A DNA stretch of 35,855 nucleotides. Source: Parvularia atlantis (Eukaryota). This document shows positions 9,378 to 21,207 of the stretch, in pieces (positions within the stretch are counted from its first letter, which is position 1; the number at the start of each line of letters is the position of its first letter). The position numbers and the translations under genes were made by a program. Below the pieces are notes generated by a model. That model ran no database searches. It was not told the DNA's origin and saw only the letters and a list, made by a program, of their open reading frames with translations. The DNA lies in contig CALSCO010000311.1 in NCBI GenBank assembly GCA_943704415.1, forward strand, positions 1 to 35,855, given 5' to 3'.

Positions 9378-12300
9378 ATGGACGTTGCGGTGCTGCTGGG
9401 CGCGCTCGAGGCGACGCTGGACGCGCAGCCCGAGCGCCGGCGCGAGGCCGAGGGCGTGCTGACCGAGCTGAGCCGGCGCGGTGGGTGCAGCACGACCCTG
9501 CTGCAGGCGATCGCGACGGGCGAGCTGCAGCCGGGCGTGCGCCAGGCCGCGGCCATCTTCTTCAAGAACCTCGTCGCGCGCAGCTGGAGCGTGCCCGAGC
9601 CCTTTGCCGGCGAGGAGCGCCGTTTCGAGCTCGCCGCGGACGACAAGGCCGTCGTGCGCGCGAACCTCCTCGACGCCGTGGCCACCGCGCCGCCGCGGCT
9701 GCGGTGCGCGCCTGCATGCCGCGCAAGCGTCGGCTGACGGCGCGGCGTGGCGAGCAGGCTGCAACTCGTGCGCGCCGTCACCAAAGTCGTCGAGTGCGAC
9801 TACCCGGAGCACTGGCCCGACCTGCTGCCCAAGGTGCGCGTCCCGTCGCCGTGCGCGGCACACAAGCGAACGACCGCCGCACGCGCGCGATGTAGATCTG
9901 CGCGTACCTGGCCTCGGGCGACCCGACCGCCGTCTTCGCGGCGCTGCAGTGCCTGCTCGAGATCGTGCGCAAATACGAGTGCGTTTGTGCACAGCATGTG
10001 TGCCGTGCTCTGCAGCGGCCGCCCTGCGCGCGTGCACAGGATGAAGAGCATGAAGGACCTGGGCCCGCTTGAGCCCGTCATCTCCAGCTCGTACCCGCTC
10101 CTGCTGCAGCTGCTCGGGCAGTGCGTGTCCAACCCGACGCCGGCTGGCGGCGACGCCGCGCGGTTCATCTGCAAGATCGTGCACGCGACCATCGCAGTAT
10201 GCGCGTGCGGCACAGCTCGACCGATGGCGCTCACGCTCGCATCGCGCCGCCAGTTCAACCTGCCCAAGCCGCTGCGCGTGCCCGCGACGCTGCAGCCGTG
10301 GATCAGCGCGCTGCTGCACATCGTGTCGCTGCCCGTGCTGGTCGACCCGCAGCAGCGGCACGTCTCAGAGCGGCACAAGTTCTCGTGGTGGAACGCGAAG
10401 AAGTGGGCCTGCCGCGTGCTCAACGGCCTGTTTGAGCGCTACGGCAACGAGAACGTGGCCGAGCACGTCATCAGCAAGAAGGAAAAAAAGCAGCTGAAGG
10501 AGTTTGGCCGGGTGCGTCCCGCCGCGGGCGCTGGCGCGGTCGTGCTGACGCTCACGTTCGCTCGGGCGCGCGGCAGGCGTTCTACCACCAGGTCGTGCCG
10601 ACGATCTTGCAGACGTACCTGAAGGAGCTGGACTTTGTGCGCCAGGGCCAGTACCTGTCGCCGCGCGTGCTGCACGCCATCCTGTCGTTCCTGTCGGACA
10701 GGTACGAGTGCGCGAGCGCGGCGCGTCGCCGCGCTGAAGGCCCGCGCGACCGGCAGTGTGCAATTTGGCGAAGCGTGGAAGATGATCAAGCCGTTCATGA
10801 TGGCGATCGTGCGCGAGGTCGGCCGGGCGCGCAGAGTGTGCGAGGCGGTGCGGCGTTGATGCCGCTGTGTGCGCGCAGGTCGTCTTCCCGCTGCTGTGCT
10901 TCTCGGACGCCGACATGGAGAAGTGGGAGGAAGACCCGACCGACTACGTGCGCAGCCAGCTGAGCATCGGTGCGCGCGTGCAGCCCTGCGGCGGTCGGCG
11001 ATGCTCAGCGTCGCGCGCACAGACGAGGACATGCGCTCGCCCGCGATCGCGGGCAAGACGATGTTGTACAAGCTCGTGCAGGCGCGCAAGGACAACGCGC
11101 TCATCCCGATCCTGCAGCTGTGCCAGGAGGTGCTCGGGCGGTACCTGGCGTCGCCGCCGGCCGCACGCAACCACCGCGAGAAGGATGGGGCATTACACAT
11201 GATCAAGTCGCTCGCGAGCATCCTCGCCGACGTGCGGCCGCCCCAACCGCGTGCCGGCTGCGTGCTAACCGACGACGGCCGCGCCAGCGTGAGGACTTTG
11301 CGCCGCAGCTGGAGCAGCTTATGCTCGTGCACGTCCTGCCCGAGGTCGACTCGCCCATGCCGTTCTTGCGGCTGCGCGCGATCGACCTCGTGGGCGCGCT
11401 GTCTGACACGCACTTCCCGTCTGAGACGGTGCGCCGCGATGGGCGCGCTCGCTGTGCGCTGACAGTGTCCTGTGCAGACGATTGTCAAGATGCTCCAGGT
11501 CGTCCTGCCGCACCTGACGGACCCGGAGCTGCCCGTGCTGGTGCAGACCGCGCTGACGATCGGCTCGCTGATCGACCGCGAAGAGCGTGCGTGGCGCGTC
11601 TGCACGGGGTAAGAAACGCGCCCTCACGCATGCGCGCACAGTCACGGCGACGGTGCGGTCGATGGTGGGCGACATCATGCATGGTGCGCAACTGGGCTTG
11701 GCCATGTGCGAGGCGTTGTCTGAGCTGCGCGCGCCCGCAGTGCTGCTGCGGCTCAACAGCGAGTACGAGCTCGAGGAGGCGTCGTACGTGATGGACAAGC
11801 TGATCGAGGCGTTCACGGACGAGATGATCCCGTTTGCGCAGCCGATCTGCGCGGCGCTGGTGCGTGCGTGCGTAGGCAGTGCCGGACGTGACGACGGCCG
11901 GGTCGCAGTGCGACAGCTTCTTGCGCATGATCGGCGACGAGGGCGAGGAGCAGGCGGGCGGGGGCGACGACGAGGACGGGATATCTACGCGCGGCGTCAC
12001 GGCGATGGTCACGCTGCGCAGCATCCTTGTGCTCGTGCGGGCGATGGACGACACGCCCGAGGTGCTTGTGGCGCTCGAGAGCACGCTCATGCCGCTCATC
12101 GACGCGATCCTGCGCCCCGTCTACCTGGGTGCGTTGGCTCGCCGTGGCCGCTCGCCGCCGCGGCCGCCAACGCGCGGGCCCACGCAGACTACTTTGACGA
12201 GGTGTGCGAGATCGCGGCGGCGCTGACCTACACGGATCAGAAGCTGTCGCCGAGCCTGTGGCACGTGTACGAGCTCCTATACCACGCGTTCAAGAGCGGC

Positions 12301-13613
12301 GCGGTGGACTACTTCAAGGGTGCGCGTGCTGCTGCATGCGTGCGTGCGCTGAGACGGCCGCGCGCGCAGAGATGATGCCGGCGCTGGACAACTTTGTGAC
12401 GCAGGGCGAGGACTTCCTGGCCGTGCCGGCGCGCATGGCGGCGATGATCGACATGATTACAACGGTGATGACGAGCGAGCACCTGGGCGAGGAGGACCGG
12501 GCGACGGGCTGCGAAATGATGGAGGTCATGCTGCTGGCGCTGCGGGGCCACATCGACACGGTGCGTGCGTGCGCGTGCGGGGCGACGGCCGGTGCCGCTC
12601 ACGCCGGCCGGGTGCAGCTCGTGCCGCAGTTCATCACGAGCGCCATGGCCGCGTACGAGGAGGCCGACTACCGCCACCTGATCGTATCGTCGCTCAAGGT
12701 CGTGCTGAACGCGATCTACTACAACGCCGCCCTGGCCGTGGACGCGCTGCACAAGAGCGGGCTGCTGGCGCGCTTTTTCCAGGCGTGGCTCGAGCGCGTC
12801 AAGCTGTTCAACCGCGTGAGCGACAAGAAGCTCGGCATCCTCGCGCTCTGCGCGCTCTACACGCTCCCGTTCGACTCGCTGCCGCCGGCGGTGCAGGGCG
12901 GTTACGCGCTCACGGTGGGCCTGATAGTTGAGCTGTTCAAGACGCTGCCGCAGGCGTACGAGGGTACGTGCGCGCGTTGACGGGGACTGCTGGTGCGGCG
13001 CTCACGCACTGCGCAGTGCGGCGCGCGTACGAGGACTACATGACGAACGGTCTCGAGAGCAGCGACGAGGAAGACGAGGGCGGCGATGGCCAGGACGGTG
13101 AGGGCGGCGAGGGCGAGGGCGAGGACGCGGCGCAGCCGCAGGACCCGGACGGCGACGCCTTCGACAAGGAAGACGACAAGTACATGCGCTACCTAGCGCG
13201 CAAGGTGCCGCGCACGAGGCGGGCCAGCGGGTGCCGGCCGAACTGACGGCGCCGCGCAGCTCAAGCGTCTGTCGCCGCTGAAGAAGCTGCGCGTGCCTGG
13301 GAGCCAAGGCATGGACGACGAGGACGGCGAGGACAGCGAGGACGAGGAGGGCGCGGACGAGGAGGACGAGTACGACGTGAACGAGGAGGACGACGAGGAC
13401 GCGCTGGATGAGGACCTGGCGATGCGCACGCCGCTGGACCTGGTCGACGAGTACGTCGTGTTTGCACAGACGTTCCGCGGCCTGGCGCAGAGCAACCCGC
13501 GCGCGTGGGCCGTGCTGTCGGCGGGCGTGTCGGCCGAGCACAACGCGGTGCTGACGGAGGCGCTGGCGACGGCGGACCAGCACGTGGCGGAGGCGAGCGC
13601 GGCAGCGGGGTGA
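9378..13613 (+). CDS. IPO7: Importin-7/8-family karyopherin beta (NMD5/SXM1-like), about 18 introns
   Basis: IBN_N domain (RREAE...VRQAAAIFFKN), DYPEHWPDLL, WWNAKKWACRVLNGLFERYGN, WEEDPTDYVR, KDGALHMI, MMPALDNFV, DKKLGILAL and an acidic C-terminal region. All junctions are GT-AG and in frame. Confidence 0.92.
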
Positions 13614-13725
13614 GTGCTGCTGCTGTTGTGTGTTCCAGGTGTGAACGTGAGCCTCAGGGAGGTGAGAGGTGCTGCCGCGACGCCAGCTCAACATCGATCA
13701 AATTTCCAGTTGATTGGTTGATAAG

Positions 13726-13954
13726 ACCCCCGTCAGCCAGCCCCCCGAGCATGCCGCGGGCCGGAATGAGGCCCGGGCGCAATCATCAATGCACGCGGCG
13801 ACCCCCGACCGAGGCCGGAAGGGCCGAGCCGTGGCAGGCTTCATGCTCTGCTCGGGTGGCGTCGTGTCTTCCACCGGGGTGAGTGAAAGTGTCAGTTTTG
13901 GAAAACTTGACAACAGATATCTCCTATGCATCGATCCAATTGAGCACAGTCGAT
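13726..13954 (-). ncRNA. U3: U3 snoRNA (independent intergenic gene)
   Basis: Reverse strand shows 5' ATCGACTGTGCTCAATTGGATCGATGCATAGGA (GAC/A'/A-like), box C' GTGGAAGA, box B AGAGCATGAAGC, box C ATTGATGAT and box D GGCTGA in the correct order. Terminal stem ACCCCG/CGGGGGT; about 230 nt; lower GC than flanks. Confidence 0.85.
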
Positions 13955-14162
13955 TACTCGCGTAAACTGGCGTGTGCGCGCAGGATGGCGCGCCGTGCGC
14001 CGCGCGCCACGAGTTGTGGGACCGCGTCACGTGTCTGCGCCACGTGGCTCCACAGTGACGTCACGGCTGTGAACCGTGACAAGCATTCGTGGTTGCGCAG
14101 CCGCTGAACCGCAAAAGCGATCGGAGATGCGCACACTGCGGCCGCGGTGGGCAAAAAACAAA

Positions 14163-17100
14163 TCATGAGGGGATCGCGGCCTGCATCAGCGCCGCGACCT
14201 CGCGCGTGTGCTCCTTCGAGATGCCCGTCGCGGGCGCGGCCGAGGGCGCGCGGCCGACGTATTCGACGCCGACGTTGGTCAGGCTGCGCAGGCGCGGCTG
14301 CGGTGCGTGTGAGCGTGCGCCAGAGAGAGATGCAGGGTGCGGTCGAAGCGTACGTACCTCGACGTACGACCACGCGCCCATGTTCTGCGGCTCCTCCTGA
14401 ACCCAGCGCACGCTCATCGCGCCCGGGTAGCGCGCCAGCTCGTCCGCGACCTCCTGGAACGGGAAAGGCGAGAGCTCCTCGACGCGGATGATGGCGACGT
14501 GGCCCGCCTTCTTCTCGCGCCGCAGCTTGTGCAGGTCGTAGTAGAGCTTGCCCGAGCAGAACAGGATCTCGCGCACGTCGGCCGCGTCGGCCGCCGTGTC
14601 AGGCAGGACCGGCTGGAAGCGCGTGCCGTCGGCTGCGGGGCGCGGGGAGCGGGCGTGTGAGCGCGGGCGCGACGGTGCGCAGCAATGAAGCGCGCACCCA
14701 TCTCGTCGAGCGACGACACGGCCGCGGGCAGGCGCAAGAGCGTCTTAGGCGCGACGACGACGAGCGGCTTGCGGTACGGCCGGAGCAGCTGGCGGCGCAG
14801 GACGTGGAAGTACTGCGCGCAAAGGCGGCGTGAGACGGGCGAGCGCTTGTGCCGCACGCGCGCGCGCGCAAGAGACGCACCTGGGCGGGCGTGGTGCAGT
14901 TGACGAGCGCAAACGCGGGCTGGTGCTGCGCGTCCGGGCTGTCGGGCGAGAACGGCTCGTCGGTCTGCTGCAAGAAGCGCTCAATGCGGCAGGACGAGTG
15001 CTCCGGGCCGGCGCCGTCGTAGCCGTGCGGCAGGAGCATGACCAGGCCCGACTGGCGCAGCCACTTGGGCTCGCCCGAGAGCACAAACGTGTCGATCGTG
15101 ACCTGGGCGCCGTTGAAAAAGTCGCCAAACTGGGCCTCCCAGATGATCAGGTCGTTCGGGTTCTCGACCGACATGCCGTACTCGAACGCGAGCACGGCGA
15201 GCTCGCTCAGCGAGCTGTTGGCAATCTCCATCTTGCCCTGCTTGGGCGCGAGGTTGTTGAGCGGGACGGTGATGGCCTCTGTGTTTTGGTCGACGAGCAT
15301 GACGTGCCGGTGCGAGAACGTGCCGCGGCCAACGTCCTGGCCCGAGATGCTGTTGTGCGGCGTGCGCGTCACAACGCGACCTCGAGCGCGCGCACATGCA
15401 TGCACACACGCACCGAACGCCGTGGCCCTCGAGCATGAGCGAGCCGAACGCGAGCGCCTCGGCCGTGGCCCAGTCGAGCGCCTTGCCGTTGTCGATCGCG
15501 GCGAGGCGCTCCTTGACGTGGCTGCGTCCAGCACGTCGCGCCGTCAGTCGACCACGCGCGCCCGCACGCCGGCACTTTGTACCTCTTCTCCAGGCGCGGG
15601 TGCACGGCAAAGCCCTCGGGCACGCGCACGGAGCTGCGGCCGACCAGGCGCAGACGCTCGACGTCGACGCCCGTGCGCACGTCGTCGTGGCGCGGCTGCT
15701 GGTCGGTGAGGTGCCGCCACTTGCCCTGGAGGTGCGTCGCGCGAGGCTTGTACGCCTCCGAGGCCTTGTGGTGCGCGTCCAGCTCGGCAAAGTACTCGGC
15801 GCGCACGCGCTCGGCCTCGTCCGCGCCCTTGAGCACGCCCTCGCGCGCCAGCTTGTCCTCGTACATGCGCGGGACCGACTTGCGCTCGCGGATGTTCTTG
15901 TACATGGTCGGCTGGGTGAACGCGGGCTCGTCAAGCTCGTTGTGGCCCCAGCGGCGGTAGGTGATAAGGTCGAGGATGACGTCGCGGCGGAAGAGCTTGC
16001 GGTAGGCGGTGGCGATGCGCGCGGCCTTGACGACGGCCTCAGGGTCGTCGCCGTTGACGTGGATCACCGGCGCCGAGACCATCTTGCCCACGTCCGAGGT
16101 GTAGATGCCCGAGCGCGCGTTCGTGGCCGGGGTGGTGAAGCCAATCTGGTTGTTGACGATCAGGTGCACCGAGCCGCCGGAGGTGAAGTGCGGCAGGTCC
16201 GACAGACCCAGAGTCTCGGTCACGACGCCCTGGCCGGTGAAGGCGGCGTCGCCGTGGATCTGCAGGCACAGCACGCGGTCGCCGATGTAGCAGTCCATCG
16301 TATTGGGGTCGACCTGCTTGAGCATCTCCTCGTAGAGGTACATCTGCTTGCCGCGGGCCTTGCCCATGGCCACGGGGTTGATCGCCTCGAGGTGCGAGGG
16401 GTTGTGCAGAAGCGACACGTGTAGCGCACCGCTGCCGTAGGGCAGGTCGACCGACTGGGCCAGGTGCGAGATCACGTCGCCCGTGCCGCGCACGCCCTCG
16501 GGCAGCTCCGAGTGGCCCTTGACCTTGTGGAAGAGCGCGGTCGGGTCGAAGCGGAGGACGTCGGTCAGGAGGTTGAGTCGGCCGCGGTGCGGCATGCCCA
16601 GGACGACCTCGCGCACGCCGTCGGCGTGGGCTGCGCGCAGCAGCGTCTCGACCGCGGGCATCATCGCCTCGGCGCCCTCGAGGCCGTAGCGCTTGACCTG
16701 GGGGAAGCGCTTGGCCATGAAGTTGTCGAACACCTCGGAGCGGGCCATCATGCGGAAGATGCGCAGCTTGTCGTCCGCGGGCAGGTCCTCGGCCAGCGCG
16801 AGCAACTCGATGTGGCGCGCGAACCAGCGGCGCTCGCTCGCGTCCTGTGTGCACGTGCGTGTGCGTGAGCGGTCGTGCAAAGGCATCTGTCGTGCAAGTG
16901 CGCGCACGCACGGGGATGTGGTTGTACTCGAAGCCGAGGCGGCCGCAGTAGGTCGCGCGGAGGTGGCGCAGGACGTCGGCCAAGGCCATCATGCCGCCCT
17001 GGGGCAGGATCCCCGTGACGTCGACGGTGGTCGAGCGCGCGGCGGCCTCGTCGAAGCCGTACGTGGCCGGGTCGAGCTCGTCAAGCGTGAGGCGGCGCTC

Positions 17101-17352
17101 CTGCATCCCGAGCGGGTCGAGCTCGGCCTGGAGGTGGCCGTAGGTGCGGAAGGCCTCGACCATGCGCAGGAGGCCGGCGTTGGCGACGCGGTTGCGCTGC
17201 TCCTCGGGCGAGAACGCGGCGAGGGCGAACTTGCGCGGGCGCCGGTACCCGTACACGTTCTCGCCCTCGTGGTACGCGCGCCGCGCCGCGCCGAGCGGGC
17301 CGCGCGCCGCGACGGCGACGATGGCGCGGGAGCGTGAGAACGTCGCCCACAT
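14163..17352 (-). CDS. DHTKD1: Mitochondrial 2-oxoadipate dehydrogenase E1 (DHTKD1, OGDH-like), 6 introns
   Basis: Presequence-like N-terminus then [13 protein letters not shown] (DHTKD1-type), [79 protein letters not shown] and [10 protein letters not shown]. Confidence 0.9.
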
Positions 17353-17434
17353 GGCCGCGTGATGCGTTCAGAGTACGTATGTGCGTCACGCTGCCAGTGC
17401 ACTGGACAGTTTGAGAGGACACCCGGGTGTACCC

Positions 17435-20400
17435 ATGACCGTCGACGGCGTGGCGCGGCGCCAACTGGCTGCGGCCGTCTTTGTCGCGCTGCAGGCCGCC
17501 AAGGCCGCGGCGTGGTGGCAGCGCGACGGCGCGGGCGTGCTCGGCGACCCGGCGCTGTGGACCGCGCTCGACATCGCCTTTGTCGTCGGCCTCGCCTACG
17601 CGCGCGTCCCGCGCATGACCGTGGGGCCGGCCCGCGCCGTCGTCTTTGTCATGCTCCTGGCCCTGCTCAACCTGCGCATGTTTGCGGCCGCGCCCGCCGC
17701 CGGCCTCGCCACGTCGGCCGCGGGCGCCGTGCAGAAGCAGCAGCAGCAGCTCCTGCAGCAGCCCCAGCAGCAGCAGCAGCAGCAGCAGCAGCTCACCACA
17801 CCGACCACGACCGCCCTCCCGCACGTCGGCGACCGCACCGGCCTCAGCCTCGTCTCGCCTGCGTCGCCCTTCGACCTGTCGGCCGAGTTTGTCGAGGTTG
17901 CACCGGGCGGCTTCGGGTACGGTGGCGACACTGCCGGACGCGAGGGGGCCGCGGCGGCGGCGCGGCGCGTGCTGCACACGGACCTGCCCTTCCCTGGGCT
18001 GGTGTCGCTGCACCTCGTCCTGCGCCCGCGCGCGCGCTTCCGCCCACCCGGCAACCCCGTCAGCGTCGGGGCGCTGATCCCGCTGCAGATCGAGTGCAAC
18101 CCGCCGTGCGTGCTCCAGTACCGCGTCGCCCCGCTCGACCCCGCCGCCCTCGCTCCGGCCGCCGTCATTACCACCCGCAGCATCAGCGACACGCGCAACC
18201 AGAGCGTCCTCGCCGACGCGACCGGGCGCTACACCCTCGTCAGCATCCGCGACGTGCGCGACCAGCTCGGCGTGGTCGGCAACGACACCGTCGTCGTCGT
18301 CATCGGCCCCGTCGTCTTCCCGCCCCGGCCCGAGCGCCCACCCACAGCGCGCTTTGTGCCGCGGCAGCGCGGGCCCGACGCGCTGCCCGTGCACGCCTGT
18401 GCGGGCTCGCCGCTGCTGGCGCGCGTGCGCCTGACCGGGCGGGCGCCGTTCACGCTCACGGTCGACCAGCGCGTACGTCAAAGCGGGCCGGTCACGCGCA
18501 CGTCGCTCGTCGTGCTGGAGGAGCACCGCATCCGCGGGCGTGCCGACCGCTACCGCCTCGCGCTGGGCACGCTCGAGACCGAGGGCCCCGTCGTGTGGCA
18601 GATCTCGGCCGTGACGGACGCGCGCAACCTGACGCGGACGTACGCGCCGGACGCATTTGGTGCGGCGGGCGCGGCGCGCGGCGCCGACCGGGTGCCGCGC
18701 CTGAGCGTGCTGGTGCACGGCCTGCCGACGGTGTCGTTCGGGGCGGAGCACGTGACGTTTGTGCTGGCGCAGCAGCGCGTGCGCGCGGTGCCGCTGGACG
18801 TGCGCGGGGTCAAGCACTGGCCGCTGCGCGTCAAGGTGTGGGACGGCGTCGCAGCGCCGTTCGTGGCCGAGGTGGCCAATGTGACGGGCGCGCACGTCAA
18901 CGTGACCGCGACGGGGACGTACACGCTCGTGGCCGTGCGCGACGCCTACTGCCGTGGCGTGGTCGTGGCGCCGGCGACGGTGCAGGTGGTGCAGCCGCCG
19001 GCGCCGACGCTCGCGCTGGACAACGTGCCGGCGCACGTGTGCGAGGGCAGCGCGATGGTGGCGGTGCGCGTGCGCGTCAACGGCACGGGCCCGTGGCTGG
19101 CGACGTACCGCGAGACGCGCGGCGGCGGCGGCGGCGGCGGGAACCAAGCGCCGACGATGCACCAGCTGCGCATCGGCGTGGCCGACTACGAGTGGAAGCT
19201 GCTGCCGCACGGTGCGGGCCGCGTGCGGTACGAGTTCCTGTCGCTATCAGACTTTTACTACGAGCACGTGCCGCTGTACGACACGGCGCTCGACCTGGAC
19301 GTGCTCCTGCCGCCGTCGGCCCACTACGTCGACCCTGCGCCGGCGCTGCACCTGTGCTCGCCGCAGGCGCGCGCGTCGGTCGCCGTGGCCCTGGGGGGCG
19401 CGGCACCGCCGTTTGTGCTGCAATACTCGCTGCATCTTGGTGCGGAGCGGCAGTCGTTCCAGCTCGAGGGCCTGCGCGAGGCCGAGGTGGCGCTGCCACT
19501 GGACGCGTTTGGCACGCGCGGGCGGTACCGGCTGGTGCTCGACCGCGTGCGCGACGGCTCGGGCTGCGAGACGGTGCTGCTGCGCGAGAAGGCGGTGGTG
19601 GTGGAGCTCGTGGCGGCGGAGCTAGAGTGCAACGAGGACGAGGCCGTGGTGCACGCGAGTGGGGGCGTCGAGCCGTACACGGTCGAGTACCGCGCGCCGG
19701 ACCAGAGCGTGGCGACGGTGATGGGCGCGGCCGGGTCGGCTGTGCCGCTGCCGGTGCGCGGCTCGGGCGTGTACCAGCTGCTGAGCGTGCGCGATGGGCA
19801 CTGCGCGGGGACGGTCGTGCCGGAGCGGAGCCAGTGCATGCTGCGCATCGTCGAGCGGCCGACAGTGACGCTGCGGCCGGCGGGGCGCACGTTCTGCCTC
19901 GCACCAAAGCTGCGCGTCGCGGCGCTCGACTTCACGGGCTCGTCGCCGCCGTGGCGCGTGCAGTACACGGTGCGGGGCGCGGACGAGAAGGTGACGGACG
20001 CGCTGACCGGGGGCGGGGCGGACGCGGCGGTGCCGCCGCTCGTACTCGAGGCTGCGCAGCCGCTCAACCAGCCGCTCGTGTTCAGCCCCGGGCGCGCGGG
20101 CAAGTACCACGTGCGGCTGACGCGGCTGTCGGACGCGCACTACCGCACGGGGCTGGCGTTAGACCTGGCGCTCGACTTTGATGTGGTCGTGGCCGCGTCG
20201 CTCGCGCTCGAGCCGGCGGCGCTGGGGCCTCACGCGCTGTGCGTGGGCCAGACGCTGCGGCTGCCCGTGCGCGTGGAGGGCGGCGCGGTGCGGGTGCGCT
20301 ATGCGATCGTGTCGTCGGCTGGCGGGCGCGAGGAGCGCGAGGTGGCGTCGGTGACGGTGGGGACGCGCCGCGCGCCGGCGACGCTCGAGGTGGGCCCGTT

Positions 20401-21125
20401 TGCGGCCGAGGGCACGTTCACGGTCGAGGTGGTGTCGGTGACCGACGTGCAGCGCGGGTGCGAGACGCGCGTGGCGCTGCGGAGCGGCGTGATCGTGGTC
20501 GGCGCGGTGCCGACGCTGCAGTGGTCGCTGGCGGCTGCGGGCGAGCTCGAGCTGTGCGTGGGCGAGCGCGTGCAGTTTGACCTGGGCGACGCCGCCGCGG
20601 GCCCGTGGACGCTGCGCTACACGTTTGACGGGGAGGAGCGGTCGCACGTGGTCACGCACAGCCCGTTTGCACTGCAGACGCGGACCGAGGGCCAGCTGCG
20701 CGTGCACACGGTCGCCAACCGGTTTTGCAGCGCGAGCGTGGCGCTCGAGCGGCGCGTGCGCGCGCGACCGACGGCGAGCCTGGACCGGGGCCAAATTGTT
20801 GAGGAGGACCTGGCCGAGGGCGAGCGCCGGACGCTGCTCGTGTCGCTGATCGGCGCCGCGCCGTGTGCGTTTGCGTGGCGCGCGCCGCGCGCTCTCTCGT
20901 GCGTGCGTCTGACCGACCTGTCGCGGCGCAGTCAACGTGACAATCCAGCGCACGTCGTTCTTCGACGACGACCCGCAGATGCTCGAGCTGCACGGCCTGG
21001 CTGGCCCGGACTACCGCTTCGAGGTGGACAGGGAGGGCCAGTACAAGATCGTCTTTGTCGCGGACCGGTACTGCCACAACGACGGCATCCACCGGCGGCT
21101 GCGAGACGGGACGGTCGCTGTGTGA
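17435..21125 (+). CDS. POM152: Pom152-like transmembrane nucleoporin with luminal Ig-like repeats; one intron near the 3' end
   Basis: N-terminal RQLAAAVFVALQAAK...WTALDIAF...RVPRM membrane region. Repeated modules G.(A/G/S)P(F/W).(L/V).Y ... G.Y.L..V.D..C. After the intron at about 20865-20931: GAAPFNVTIQRT...EGQYKIVFVADRYC, as in the fungal Pom152 C-terminus. Confidence 0.8.
17738..17791 (+). repeat. Interrupted (CAG)n encoding polyQ after the Pom152 membrane segments
   Basis: QQQQLLQQPQQQQQQQQQ. Confidence 0.85.
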
Positions 21126-21207
21126 CCGGCGGCTTGGATTGGTTGCACTTGAGGTGTTGTGTCTGGTCACTGTACCGGTATGTACATGCACCAGGCTACA
21201 TGAACTA

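Noticed and set aside
13698..14107. Small ORFs in the lower-GC island
   Set aside because: Explained by the U3 snoRNA gene and its flanks.
17081..20181. Long overlapping ORFs of 709 aa (-) and 940 aa (+) across Pom152
   Set aside because: Arg/Ala/Gly-rich shadow frames expected in very GC-rich coding DNA; no recognisable motifs.
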